Notes under the pieces: generated by a model
Seen by the model: only the letters and a program-made list of their open reading frames with translations
Databases searched by the model: none
What the model was told of the DNA's origin: nothing
Program-made: the position numbers and the translations under genes
Assembly: GCA_025558095.1 (NCBI GenBank)
Contig: JAIVFI010000042.1
Coordinates: 124,001-188,000 of the forward strand
From: Hyaloraphidium curvatum SAG 235-1
Taxonomy: Eukaryota > Fungi > Monoblepharomycota
Reading direction: 5' to 3'
DNA: 64,000 nt
In this document: one piece after another, positions 1 to 10,300 of the stretch
Position numbering within the stretch: position 1 is the first letter of the stretch
How the letters are laid out: each line of letters opens with the position of its first letter

Positions 1-1
1 C

Positions 2-1708
2 GGGCTCCACCGCCACCCTCGCGAACCCCAGCGCCGCCTCCCCCCCCCTCACCCTCGCCGCCCTCGCCTCCCCCGCCGCGCGCCTGAACCCCGCTGCAAC
101 CTTCCCCATCACCGGCCCGAACCTCCCCGCGTACGCATCCAGCGCCCTCGCGACCACCTCCGCCTCCCCGCCGCTGCTACCCGCCACCCTCTCCGCCCCG
201 AGCATCACGTGCCCCGCCCGCAGCGCGGGGCCGGAGAGCCACATGGGGTGCACCCATCTGAGCTCCGGGTCGTCGGCCATCTGCGCCTCGAGCAGGCGGA
301 CGATGGTCAGCGCGCCCTCGAGGGCGCGGAGGAAGGTCGGCGCGGCGAACATGCCCGGGTCCGCGGCGCCGGGGTCGCCCGAGAGGAAGCCGTCGATCCC
401 CAGGAGGGACTGCTGCATGCACATGGCGCCGAAGAAGGAGTGGGCGACGCCGCGGGAGGGGAAGTAGCGCGGCCAGACGGAGAAGAAGCGCGCGGCGTTG
501 GTGCCGGTGACCAGCCCCGCGAGCTCGGGGGGCAGCGCGGAGGCGGCGTCGGAGAGGAGGTGCGAGGCGTGGACGACGGAGCGGCGGTATGCCGCCTCGG
601 CGGGGGTGTCCAGGGCCGGGTCCTGCGAGACCAGCGCGAGGGGGCGGATGTTGTGCTGCGCGAGGGAGAGGTTGGTGTAGGCGCTCACGTAGTGGATGAA
701 ATTCTGGAGCATGCCGAAGGTGCCGAAGGTCGCGCGCTTGGAGAAGGTGGGCTCGATGAGCTCGCGCACGGCCAGCGTGCGGGCGAGCGAGGCGGGTGGG
801 TCGTCCGGGTCCTCGGGGGGGAGCAGCCTCCGGAAGTCAAAGAGGAACGGGCCCTTTGCGGCCTCCGGCCGCCCGCCGTACATGGCCGCGTAGGCCTCGT
901 CCGGATCCGGGTGGTCCCAGAAGTGTTCCGCCCCCGGAACCGGCACGGGCTCCGCGAACCACGCCTTTGCGGGCGCCCGCGAGGCGTGCAGGGCGTAAAA
1001 GACGTCCGTCATGCGGGCGCAGACCAGCATGCGGGCCCGCGTCTCGAGGAGCACCCACTCCGCGGGCGAGGCGGGCCGCATGTCGCGCCTGGAGATGCCG
1101 CCGCACACCTCTTCGGCGAGGTCCGAAATGTGGCGGGTGATGTGGAAGGTCTCGTGTGCCAGGCCGAGGAAGGTCAGCAGCGTGTTGAGCACCAGCAGCA
1201 CCTGCAGCGCCTCGACTGCGCCCATTGTCCTGTCGGGCGGCGCGCGGTCGTAGAAGCCCGCCAGCAGCATGGCCTTTGCCCGCTCGGCGTATGCGTGGCC
1301 GGCGACCAGCCTGTCGGCGAAGGCGATTCCGGGCACGTCGACGAACACGGAGCCCATCGCGGCGGCGGCAAACAGCAGCGCCAGCGGGGGGCCCTTCTGG
1401 TAGAGCAGGCGGGCGGGGGCGACGGCGGCCGGAGCGGGCCCGCCCGGCGACGGTGGCCCCAGCGACGCCAGCGCGGCCTCGAGCGTCGCGCGGTGCACCA
1501 CCGGCAGCGTGACGGCAAAGTCGCGCCAGAACCCCGCGACGCTGGCGGCCAGGATGTCGGGCGCGCGCGGCCCTGGGTCCATCGGCCACACGAGAGGCGC
1601 CCGCCCGGGTGCCGCCGCCGCCGACGCCAGCGTGGCAAACGCAAGCTCGCTGGTGCCGCTGCTCTCCTCGTCGTCGCCGTCGAACGCGGGGCTGCCGTCG
1701 GACGCCAT
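2..1708 (-). CDS. Fungal-specific transcription factor domain (Fungal_trans/MHR-like) protein, 3' end beyond window
   Basis: Frame read manually from ATG at 1708 (MASDGSPAF...) and open to the window edge, so absent from the ORF track. Contains 'FWRDFAVTLPVVHRATL...LLFAAAAMG...AVEALQVLLVL...EWVLLETRARM', the pattern of the fungal TF middle-homology region. No Zn2Cys6 cluster seen. Confidence 0.65.
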   Translation of the reverse strand, partial: MASDGSPAFDGDDEESSGTSELAFATLASAAAAPGRAPLVWPMDPGPRAPDILAASVAGFWRDFAVTLPVVHRATLEAALASLGPPSPGGPAPAAVAPARLLYQKGPPLALLFAAAAMGSVFVDVPGIAFADRLVAGHAYAERAKAMLLAGFYDRAPPDRTMGAVEALQVLLVLNTLLTFLGLAHETFHITRHISDLAEEVCGGISRRDMRPASPAEWVLLETRARMLVCARMTDVFYALHASRAPAKAWFAEPVPVPGAEHFWDHPDPDEAYAAMYGGRPEAAKGPFLFDFRRLLPPEDPDDPPASLARTLAVRELIEPTFSKRATFGTFGMLQNFIHYVSAYTNLSLAQHNIRPLALVSQDPALDTPAEAAYRRSVVHASHLLSDAASALPPELAGLVTGTNAARFFSVWPRYFPSRGVAHSFFGAMCMQQSLLGIDGFLSGDPGAADPGMFAAPTFLRALEGALTIVRLLEAQMADDPELRWVHPMWLSGPALRAGHVMLGAERVAGSSGGEAEVVARALDAYAGRFGPVMGKVAAGFRRAAGEARAARVRGGEAALGFARVAVEP

Positions 1709-1950
1709 GGCGGTGGGCCCGGCTCCGGCGGACAATCTTTGATCGGCGGATGAGGGATGGAGCCTTCCGGAAACTCGCCAAGGCCACGGCAAATCTCTCG
1801 ACGTGCAGGACGGTCCGTCCAGCGGAGAACAACCAGGGAGCATCGGGATGCGGGCCTCGAATTAGACCGCAGGGACTCATGCGGAAATGGCCCAAGATGG
1901 CCCCGGATGGCGAGATCATCCAGCTCCACTCCGCACGCGACAAAGCACCC

Positions 1951-3775
1951 TCACGCCGACGACCCGAACCCGCTGTCCTGCCTGTCCAGCATCTCCTTCA
2001 GCGCATCCGCCACCTCCGCGAACCGCGGCCTCTCCGCGGCCTCGTACGCCCAGCACCTCCCCATCAGCCTCCACAGCGCCTCGGGGCACCCGTCGGGCCT
2101 CCCGGGCCTGAACCCCGGATCGGCCGCGATCCGCTCCCCGAACTCGTGCAGCCCCAGCCCGCAGTCGTCGAAGGGCAGGTCGCCCTTGGACCACAGCTCG
2201 TGCGCCAGCATCGCAAAGGCGTACACGTCCGACGCGCGGGACCGGGTGCCCTTCCACACCTCGGGGGCCATGAACGGCGGCGTGCCGCCCATGAACACCG
2301 ACCCCCCCGTGGCGGCGCGCCGCACCTTGGACTGCCCGAAATCCGACACCTTGGCCGTGCCGTTCTCGTCCACGAGCACGTTGGCCGCCTTGAGGTCCGA
2401 GTGCAGGATCGGCGAGGGGCGCGAGTGCAGGTGGTTCATCCCCTTTGCCACCTGGAACAGCAGGTCCAGCGTGAGGCGGCGGTCCCACGCGTGCCGCTCG
2501 AGGTATTCGGCCGCCGTGCCCTCCATCAGCCGGGTGACCATGCACACGGGCTTGCGGCACCATCCTATGAGGGGGAGCACGTTGTCGTGGTAGGGAAGGG
2601 AGCCCCAGACGGCCATCTCGTGCACGAACTCGGCGCGCTTCCTGTCCGCGTTCTTGGACGAGCCGGCGATCCTGACGACCTTCATGGCCACCCTGGTGTG
2701 GTTCTGGTACGTCCCCTCGAACACGGTCCCGAAGCTCCCCGCGCCCAGGAACTTGCCCTGCACCAGATCCGCGGGGTCGATCTCGTAGCTGCTCCTCAGC
2801 GCCGCCGGCCTGTCGGGCTGCTGCTGTGTCCCGCGGGCGCGCTGCAGCCCGTCGATCTCCTTCTCGAGCCTGAGGCGCTCCGCCAGCATCGCGATCTCCG
2901 AGGCGCGCGCCTCGTTCTCGATCTCGAGGCGGCGGCGGAGAGCGCGCTCCTCCTCGTCCAGCCGGCGGCGGAGGGATTCCTCCTCCTCCGCGGCCTGCCG
3001 CCTGCGGAGCTCGGATTCCAGCCGGAGCTGTTCCGCGGGGGAGGCCTGCTGGAGGCTCGACCCGGGCTGCTGGAGGCTCGACCCGCGCCGCGCCGGCGCC
3101 GGCATCCTCGCCCAGTGCGCCTCGACCAGCGCGCGCGTGGCTTCGTCCGAGTAGTCCAGCGCGCAGAGGCCCATTGGGCAGCGGGCCCATATATCCACGC
3201 GGCCGGCGTGCTCGAGGAGCACCTTGACGACGTTGGTCCTGCGCGCGTAGCAGGCTGGAACGGGATCGAATGGTCAGCCGATGCCGTGATCGCGCAACTG
3301 GGGTGGTGAGGCACCAACCGACGATGAACCCCGGGATGCCCTCCGACCCCAGCACGTTCGGATCCAGCCTCGGGTCCGCCAGCAACCTCCGCACCACCTC
3401 CCCCGTGGCATCGTACAGGCACGCGGCGTGGAACGCCGAGACGCGGGCAAAGTTGTCCGCGACCAGGTTGGGGTCCACGCGCGGGTCGGCGAGCAGCAGG
3501 TCCACCATGTCCGGCGCCTTGCGGCACGCGGCGATCATCAAGGGCGTCCAGCCGTTGGGGTCCGTGCCGTTGGGGTTCACATTGGGGTCGGCCAGGTGGG
3601 CGCGGACCGACGCGGAGTCGCCGGCGAGCACGGCGGCGCAGAGCTCCTTCGCCGAGCTGGCGGTGCTGGAGAGCGTCCGCGGGGGGCGGGGAGGGAGCGA
3701 CGGCCAGAGCGCGAAGGCGGCCGCGGAGCCGCCGACGAGGTCCGCCCAGCTCGGCGGCTCGTCCGACGCCGGCAT
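1951..3775 (-). CDS. Ankyrin-repeat + coiled-coil + tyrosine-kinase-like (TKL) protein kinase, 2 exons
   Basis: Ankyrin repeats (GWTPLMIAAC, SAFHAAC, GFIVACY). Intron about 3318-3255 joins GFIV|ACYARRTNVV. Kinase motifs GAGSFG, VAMK, HSDLKAAN, DFG, GTPPFMAPE, SDVYAF. Confidence 0.9.
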
Positions 3776-4453
3776 CGGCCCGGGGCGGGCGCACACCTTG
3801 CCTCGCATGTCGGGCGCTTGATGCTGATTTGCTGCTGCGGGATTGGACGGGAAGGCTGCTTAGGAGAGTTGATCCGTGTTGCGTGGAGAGGCGGTCCCTA
3901 GAAATCGACGCTCGGGACGCTCGATCGCGGGGCAATCCAAATTGCCCGGCCCAGCGCACGGTTAAACCCCGTCTCGGACCATCAAGGCCGCGCATTCTTC
4001 CTGCAAGCCATGAAGCTGCTGATGAACAGGACAAGGCGGTTGGGAGCAGCGCAGGCCAGTGCCGACCAAGCAGCAGGGGATCGAGGATCGGACGGGTTTC
4101 ATAATGCTTGTTCAGCGACGACACGCAACGCGACTCTGGTCTCTCGCCCTTCGTCGCAACGAGGAGGACCGCCGGGGCTGCATCCAGCCCCGTCTACAAG
4201 TTGAAGCCGCTGTGTGAGGCTCGCCGCCCGGGTCGGATGGTACGCCCATCCCCGCGATCCACAAGAACCCTGTTCATTCCCTGGACCGCGAGGCCCAGGT
4301 AGGTCTTTCTAAGGCGATCTCGGGGGGAAATAGCTGCGCAATTCCGGGTAGCTGCGCACTCCGGGCGGGTTTAGTCGCCGGGCGGGTACAAAAGGGGGGC
4401 GATGTCTCCCGCGGCTGCGCACGCGCAGCACCCTCCGTCCCGAATATCCGACA

Positions 4454-5975
4454 ATGTCCGACACGGCCTCCCCGCCGGCGTCCGACGCGTACAACCTGCA
4501 GGGCACGTGCGACCCGGCCTTTTCCGCGGTGCGCGACGCGTTCCTCGCGGGGTTCGCTGCGGGCGAGGAGCTCGGCGCCGGCATCGCGTGCTACTGTGAG
4601 CGGCAACCGACCCCGCGGCAACCGGAATCCTGATCGACGCGCAGACCGCGGCACGAAGGTCGTCGACCTCGTCGCCGGCTGGGCCTCCGAGGACCGCGCG
4701 GCGCCGTTCCTCCCGTCGAGCATCCACACGGTGCACTCTGCCGGCAAGAACCTCGAGTCGGTCTCGCTCGCGCACGCCGTCGGCAAGGGCGCGCTCTCGT
4801 ACGACCAGACGATCGCCAGCGCGTGGCCCGAGTTCGCCGCGGGGGGCAAGGAAGGCGTGCTGGTCAAGGACCTCGCCGAGCACATGGCAGGCGTCGGCTG
4901 GCTCGACGAGGCGCACTGGCCGCGCATCGAGGAGCTGACGGACCTCGAGGCGCTGGGGAAGCGGATTGCGGGGCAGCCTCACAACTTCGGCGGCGTTCTG
5001 ACCAAGAGCTACCACGGCCTGACGCGCGGTGGGTTGCCGCCGCGGAATGCACGAGACAGAAGCTCACCTCGTGCCTCGCGGTCCAGGCTGGTTCATCAAC
5101 GAGCTCCTCCGCCGCACCCTGGGCCGCTCGCACGGCTCCCTCGTGCGCGAGTGGTCCTCGGCGCTCGGCACGGACGCCTTCGTCGGCCTCCCCGCGTCCG
5201 AGGACGCGAGGTTCGTCCCCGTGGTTTTCACCCCGGCCAACATCGCCATGTTCAAGATGATCGCCACGCTGCCCCCGGACCTCCCCGTCGCCAAGAGGAC
5301 CAAGATCGTCGGGGCCCCGGAACCCGAGGAGACGGGCGGGCTGGCGAGCAACGTGCTCGACGTGCTGCGGGGCGAAACCCCGAGCGCTTACACGGTGTCC
5401 AACGCTGCCGGGGTGCGTGGCTGCCCTCCCGCCTCAGCCTTGCCGCCGGCTGACCCTCCCGCCGCGCAGCTCGCCTCGTTCGCCAACCTCATGTCCCTCG
5501 GTGGCACCCACCCCGCCCTCCCCTCCCTCATCCCCGCCGAGACGTTTGCCCTCGCGCACGAGCTGGAACCCCGCAACCTCGACAAGCCCGACGCCGTCGC
5601 CGGCGCCCCGATCCGCACCTGCGTCGGCGGCTTCTCCAAATCCCTCCCGGGGCTCAAATTGCCATGCATCAAGGCCGACTGGTCCGCGATGCCTCCCAAG
5701 TTCGAGGTGCCCGAGGGGTGGAAGGGGGACGGGTGGACGTGGTTCGGATGGGACGGGCTCGGGGGCTCCCTGCTGCAGGTGTGTCCCGTGCCGTGCCAAG
5801 GGTGGGCGGAGGTGCTGAACGCCGGCAGTGGGATCCCGAGCGCAGGTGCGCCTTCGCCTACTCCCCCACGCTGCTGTACCCCGGCGGCGGGTTTACCGAC
5901 GCCCGGGCCGCGAGGTGCATGCTGGCGTTCGTGGAGTGCGTGGAGAAGCTGGAGAGTGGGGAGGGGGGGAAGTGA
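4454..5975 (+). CDS. Beta-lactamase-family serine hydrolase (EstA-like), about 5 exons
   Basis: N-terminus 'GTCDPAFSAVRDAF...EELGAGIA...VVDL', SxxK motif SAGK, 'WPEFAAGGKE', 'YHGLTRG', 'FGWDGLGGS'. GT-AG introns near 4596, 5028, 5411 and 5779. Confidence 0.85.
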
Positions 5976-6226
5976 GCGCGGGGCGGGTGCGGGGCGGTCC
6001 CGGTTGCGGACGGCAGTTGGCCTTGAAAAGCGGTATGGTTTCGAGCATGTGCAAAGAAGGGCAAAGCATCGCATTAGTCTTGGAAACGCTATGGATGTGC
6101 AACGAAGAGGAAAGGCAGAGTATTGAATAGACAAGTTATTCGCACGACTCGCACGACGGGCAAAGCCATCTAAATCGGACGCGTTTCGCGGAAGCATCCC
6201 ATTCCGACAGTTGGGGACACACGGAG

Positions 6227-7516
6227 CTAAGCCGCTCCCTCGCCCGCCTCCACGACCCGCAGCGCCGCCTCGGCCGCATCCACCCCCGTCCGCCACGCAC
6301 CCCCGACGGTCGCCGCCAGCGTCGGATGGCACGCCTCTCCCGCGATCAGCAGCCTTCCCCCCGGCAGACCCGCCGCCAGCTTCTCCCTCGCCCGCCCGGC
6401 GCCGATCTTGGCGTGGCTGTACGCGCCCAGCGCATAGGGGTCCGATATCCAGGAGGTGACAACCGCGCCCGGAGCAAAGGCGGCAAGCGAGTCCGGGCCG
6501 AGGCACCGCGCGATCTCCCTCCTCGCCCGCGCTTCCGCCGCCTCCGCCCCCGCGGCTTCGAGCTCCACCGCGAGACGGCCGCCGAACCACACCGTCGCGT
6601 AGTCTCGCCCCAGGGGCCACAGGTTGATCGGCACCACCGTCTCCCCCGGCGCGATCTGGCGGAAAACCGAGGTGTTGGATTTCAGTCCGAGGCGGTCGGC
6701 GCCTGCGGCGCGCAAAAAGACCTTGACGACGGCGCCGAGGTGCAGATCCGCGGCGGCCCGGAGCACGGGTTCGGGCAGTGGCGGCGAGAAGGCGATGCTG
6801 CCCGAGGCGAGGACGGCGGTCGGCACGGTGCAGATGGCGGCCTCGGCAGCGAGGGTGCCCCAAGTCCCCGAGGCTTCCACGCCGTCGGGCCCCCAGCTGA
6901 GTTTGGAAACCGGCGAACCGAGCCGGATTTCCAGGCCCTCGGCAAGCCGCTCCAGCAGCGTCCCCATCCCGCACTCGGGAAGCAGGTTGCGGCCTTCAAG
7001 CAGCGTGGCGTTGAAGTCCGCGAGGTCGATCTCGTCCAGCGGCCACGCCGCGATCACGTCGCCCTGGAACGACGCGACGGTCGCGTCCCAGGGCCCTTCC
7101 GAAGGGGCAGCCGCCAACGCCGGGACCGCCGAGTCGGGCGGCAGCCCCGCGGCGGCCTTTTCCACGGCCTCCTCGAACGAATCCCACGCCTGGCGGTAAT
7201 CCTTCACTTCAGCGTCGGTGGCCCTCCGGTCGCCGACCACCGCGACGCGTCTCCGGAGCACATCGGAATCGACCAATTTAACGCCGGCGGCCAGCGCCTC
7301 GGCGACCACGGCATTGTGCTCTGCGTCGTGGAGCCACGTCGCGCCGAAATCCATCGGGCATCCCCAGCGCGAATCGGTGTGGGCGCGGCCTCCGACGCGT
7401 TCCCGGGCCTCGAGCACGACGCAGGTGCGGCCGGCGGCGGCGATGGACCGCGCCGCCGCGATCCCGGCCGCGCCCGCGCCGACAACGAGCACGTCGCAGT
7501 CCGTTCGGGGGGCCAT
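6227..7516 (-). CDS. Flavin monoamine oxidase family FAD-dependent oxidoreductase (intronless)
   Basis: 429-aa ORF with GAGAAG Rossmann motif, 'LEARERVGGR', 'DFGATWLH', 'W..DPYALGAYS', 'AGEA...TVGGAWRTG'. Confidence 0.92.
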   Translation of the reverse strand: MAPRTDCDVLVVGAGAAGIAAARSIAAAGRTCVVLEARERVGGRAHTDSRWGCPMDFGATWLHDAEHNAVVAEALAAGVKLVDSDVLRRRVAVVGDRRATDAEVKDYRQAWDSFEEAVEKAAAGLPPDSAVPALAAAPSEGPWDATVASFQGDVIAAWPLDEIDLADFNATLLEGRNLLPECGMGTLLERLAEGLEIRLGSPVSKLSWGPDGVEASGTWGTLAAEAAICTVPTAVLASGSIAFSPPLPEPVLRAAADLHLGAVVKVFLRAAGADRLGLKSNTSVFRQIAPGETVVPINLWPLGRDYATVWFGGRLAVELEAAGAEAAEARARREIARCLGPDSLAAFAPGAVVTSWISDPYALGAYSHAKIGAGRAREKLAAGLPGGRLLIAGEACHPTLAATVGGAWRTGVDAAEAALRVVEAGEGAA

Positions 7517-8094
7517 GTAGGGAACCGTAGTGGAAGCTTTGCGTCTTCGGCTCGCGTTTCGGGTTTCGGGAGAACAGGGTCAACCCGAGCGCAACGTCGC
7601 GAGGAATCCTGGCGCTCACTCGCTCAGTCGGATCCATTGACTCGAAAAGCTTGAATCCGGACATATCAAGCGACCGGGATGTGTGGGCCTATCCGTCTCG
7701 CATCCACCCTTTCGATCCACCTCCCGCACTCCGGCACCGCTTCACTTCGCTGGCAATTACAGCCTCGTTGATCTTCCACCTCCCGACAAGTTTACTTGCA
7801 TGCACAGCGTCGGCCAGCACCGCCAATGCTGCGGCATCCCGGCGGCCTTTGGGTGCCTGAGGCGTTGACAGGCACAAAGAATCCAAACCACTTTCTTCGC
7901 TGATCGAGTGCACGCACGTGCGGCCCGACCCTTTCTCGTTCTCATCGCGTTGATGCATTGCCTGCATGTGACGCGCGCCTTGAACCGAGCTTCATCGCCA
8001 AGTTTAATCGCGCGGGCTGTGCCGATCTCGCCGCAACATTTGGGCCGGTCGGCCAGCCGCCGAGGTCGTCGCCAAATCGAGTGCCCTGAACGAC

Positions 8095-8625
8095 ATGCGC
8101 GCAAGCTCTGCCGTTCTCCTAGCCGTTGCCCTGCTTCTCGCCGTCGCGCTGCTGTCCTCCGTGCAGCCTGCGGCGGCCCAAACCTCGTCCACGGCCACGA
8201 GAAAGGTGGCCCTGTCCCGCAGCGCCGTCTCGCGTTCCTCACTCACAGACCCGCGGGCAGGGCACTCTCGCATCCCCGCCCACCTTCAAGTCGAGGACCA
8301 GGACGACCTCGGTAGCTTGCCCATGCAGGCCCGGGGCCTGCTTTCCCTGATCGGGGCCCCACCCCCCAGAGCACTACTTCGAGCACCGCTTGCCCGGAAC
8401 GCACCGTGGTCCTCCCGCCAAGCACGATCACCGTGACCAGGGGCCTCACCAAGTCTGCGACAGTCACGAGCAAGGTCGGTGTGCCCCTTTTGTTCATCGA
8501 ACAGCTTCTCTTGACAGCGGCTGCCGCAGGTCATCTTTATCAAGAGCGTCACCACGACGGTCAAATGGATCCGCGTGGTGACCAGGACGGTTACGAAGAC
8601 CGTGAGGCCAAGGCTGAGGGCGTAA
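8095..8625 (+). CDS. Small secreted Thr/Val/Lys-rich protein, multi-exon
   Basis: Signal peptide MRASSAVLLAVALLLAVALLSSVQPAAA. Putative introns join GTLASPPTFKSRTRTTS, then STACPERTVVLPPSTITVTRGLTKSATVTSK, then VIFIKSVTTTVKWIRVVTRTVTKTVRPRLRA* (TAA 8623-8625). Confidence 0.6.
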
Positions 8626-8777
8626 GCCCGAGACGGATGGCTATAGGACCCTGTAGTCGCGGTGAAGACATCAATTGAAACCCACACATCCAACGGCTCA
8701 AAGGTTCGCCCACGGCGCCGGCAAGTGCTTTGACGGCCCCTTCGTTTTGCTCTCCGCCCACGCACCCGTCGAAGCTA

Positions 8778-9990
8778 TCACTCGTGCTTCTCCTCCGCCA
8801 GCTTCTTTGCGCGCAGCTCCTTCCACTTGCCCTCTTTCCACCCGTGCGCGTCCTTGGGGTACATCGGCAGCGTTCCGTCCAGCTCCGTCTCGTGCGCCAC
8901 AATTACAATCACATTGTCTTCGGCATCCATACGCGCCAGCTTCGCCATGGTCGTGTACGCCTGGGTGTCGTCCAGGTGCACCGAGAGGGGCTGCTCCGGC
9001 CCGTACTCGAGACCGGTCGCGGTGAAGCTGTACTTGCCAATGCGGCACCGGTCGTCCTCGCTGTGCCCGTCGTGGACCTTCCACCCGTGGTACAGACACA
9101 GCCGGTGCGCCGCGTCCCCGCCGAGGAGGATGTACTCGGGCTCCGGGCCGGCCTTGATCCGGCACAGGGCCGTCAGGTGGCCGGGGAGATGGCCCGGGGC
9201 GTCGCAGAAGAAGAGGGACCCGTCTCCGAACCAGTCGATGGCCCTGTCGAAGGCGCCGACGGGCTGCCACTTGAATCCGCCCGTCTTGAGGTCCGTCCAC
9301 TTGTGCTTGGTGAGCTCGGCCGCATGCATCGGCGAATCGTTGTCTTCGGGATACCCGGGCCCGAACGCGGTGAAATCGCCGACGACCATCTTCGCAGACT
9401 CGGGCCAGATCGTCGGGTCGCCGACGTGGTCAAAGTGCACGTGAGAGAGCACGACGGTCTGGATGTCGTTGACGGACAGACCGCCCGCAGCGAGAGACGT
9501 GGCGACGTCGTGGCCGATCATCGTAGAGGGGAACGCGATGGCCATGGTCGCCTTGAAAGGGCCCGGGTAGTTGTCGGGGTCGCTACGGCAGCCGGGGTCC
9601 CAGACGATGCGCTGGACGTGGTCTCCGACCTGCGGGGCGATCAGACACCGCATTCTGGGACCGACGCAACACCGGGTTTCGCACCCGTTTCTCGATCAGC
9701 GCGCCGTGCACGGGAATCTCGATTTCCACCTTGTCCGGACGCTGCTCGAAGAACCGCATATCCATTTTCAGCCTCCCATTGAGCAGGAAAGACACCTTCG
9801 GAGCAGGGATGACATGAAACATCAGCGTGGACGGTCACTTGAGCAGATCAGTCACCTTGACGACAGCGTCGTCCGATGCGGGAGCGGGGATGGGGTGGAA
9901 CGGCAGGGTGGCCGGATCCACGTGCTTCGCATTTGCCGAGTCGGAGCGGCCCGAGGCTAGCCAGGACGGCTGGTCGACTGCCGAAGACAT
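8778..9990 (-). CDS. Metallo-beta-lactamase-fold hydrolase (AHL-lactonase-like), 3 exons
   Basis: HxHxDH motif SHVHFDHVG, 'DWFGDGS...DAPGHLPGH', 'GGDAAH', 'AHE'. ATG at 9990 (MSSAVDQ). Introns near 9855-9800 and 9684-9630. Confidence 0.88.
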
Positions 9991-10300
9991 TGCGGGAACG
10001 CGAATGGAAGGGGCGGGAGAGACGCAGCGAGGTTGGGTGTGTTCTGTCTCCCGCGTCTCGCTCGCCACTCCCGTCGATCGTCGGCGCCCGTTCCTTTGTT
10101 CGATCCCATGAACTCGAATCTCCTTCGTTCGCAAGTCCAAGGCAACTCGGATCCACGATCAAACTGTTCATGTCTGCTGGTTTCGGACTCGAGGAGCACA
10201 AGAAAGAAGGATCATGTCCGACGACGGACGCCATTTCACGATGTAAAGGACACGCAAAGAGAGAAAAGACATCAATTCAAACTCTAAAGCATCCAACAGC

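Noticed and set aside
209-3309. Long plus-strand ORFs (514 aa, 566 aa) opposite the TF-like and kinase genes
   Set aside because: Antisense shadows produced by strong GC3 bias; no recognisable motifs.
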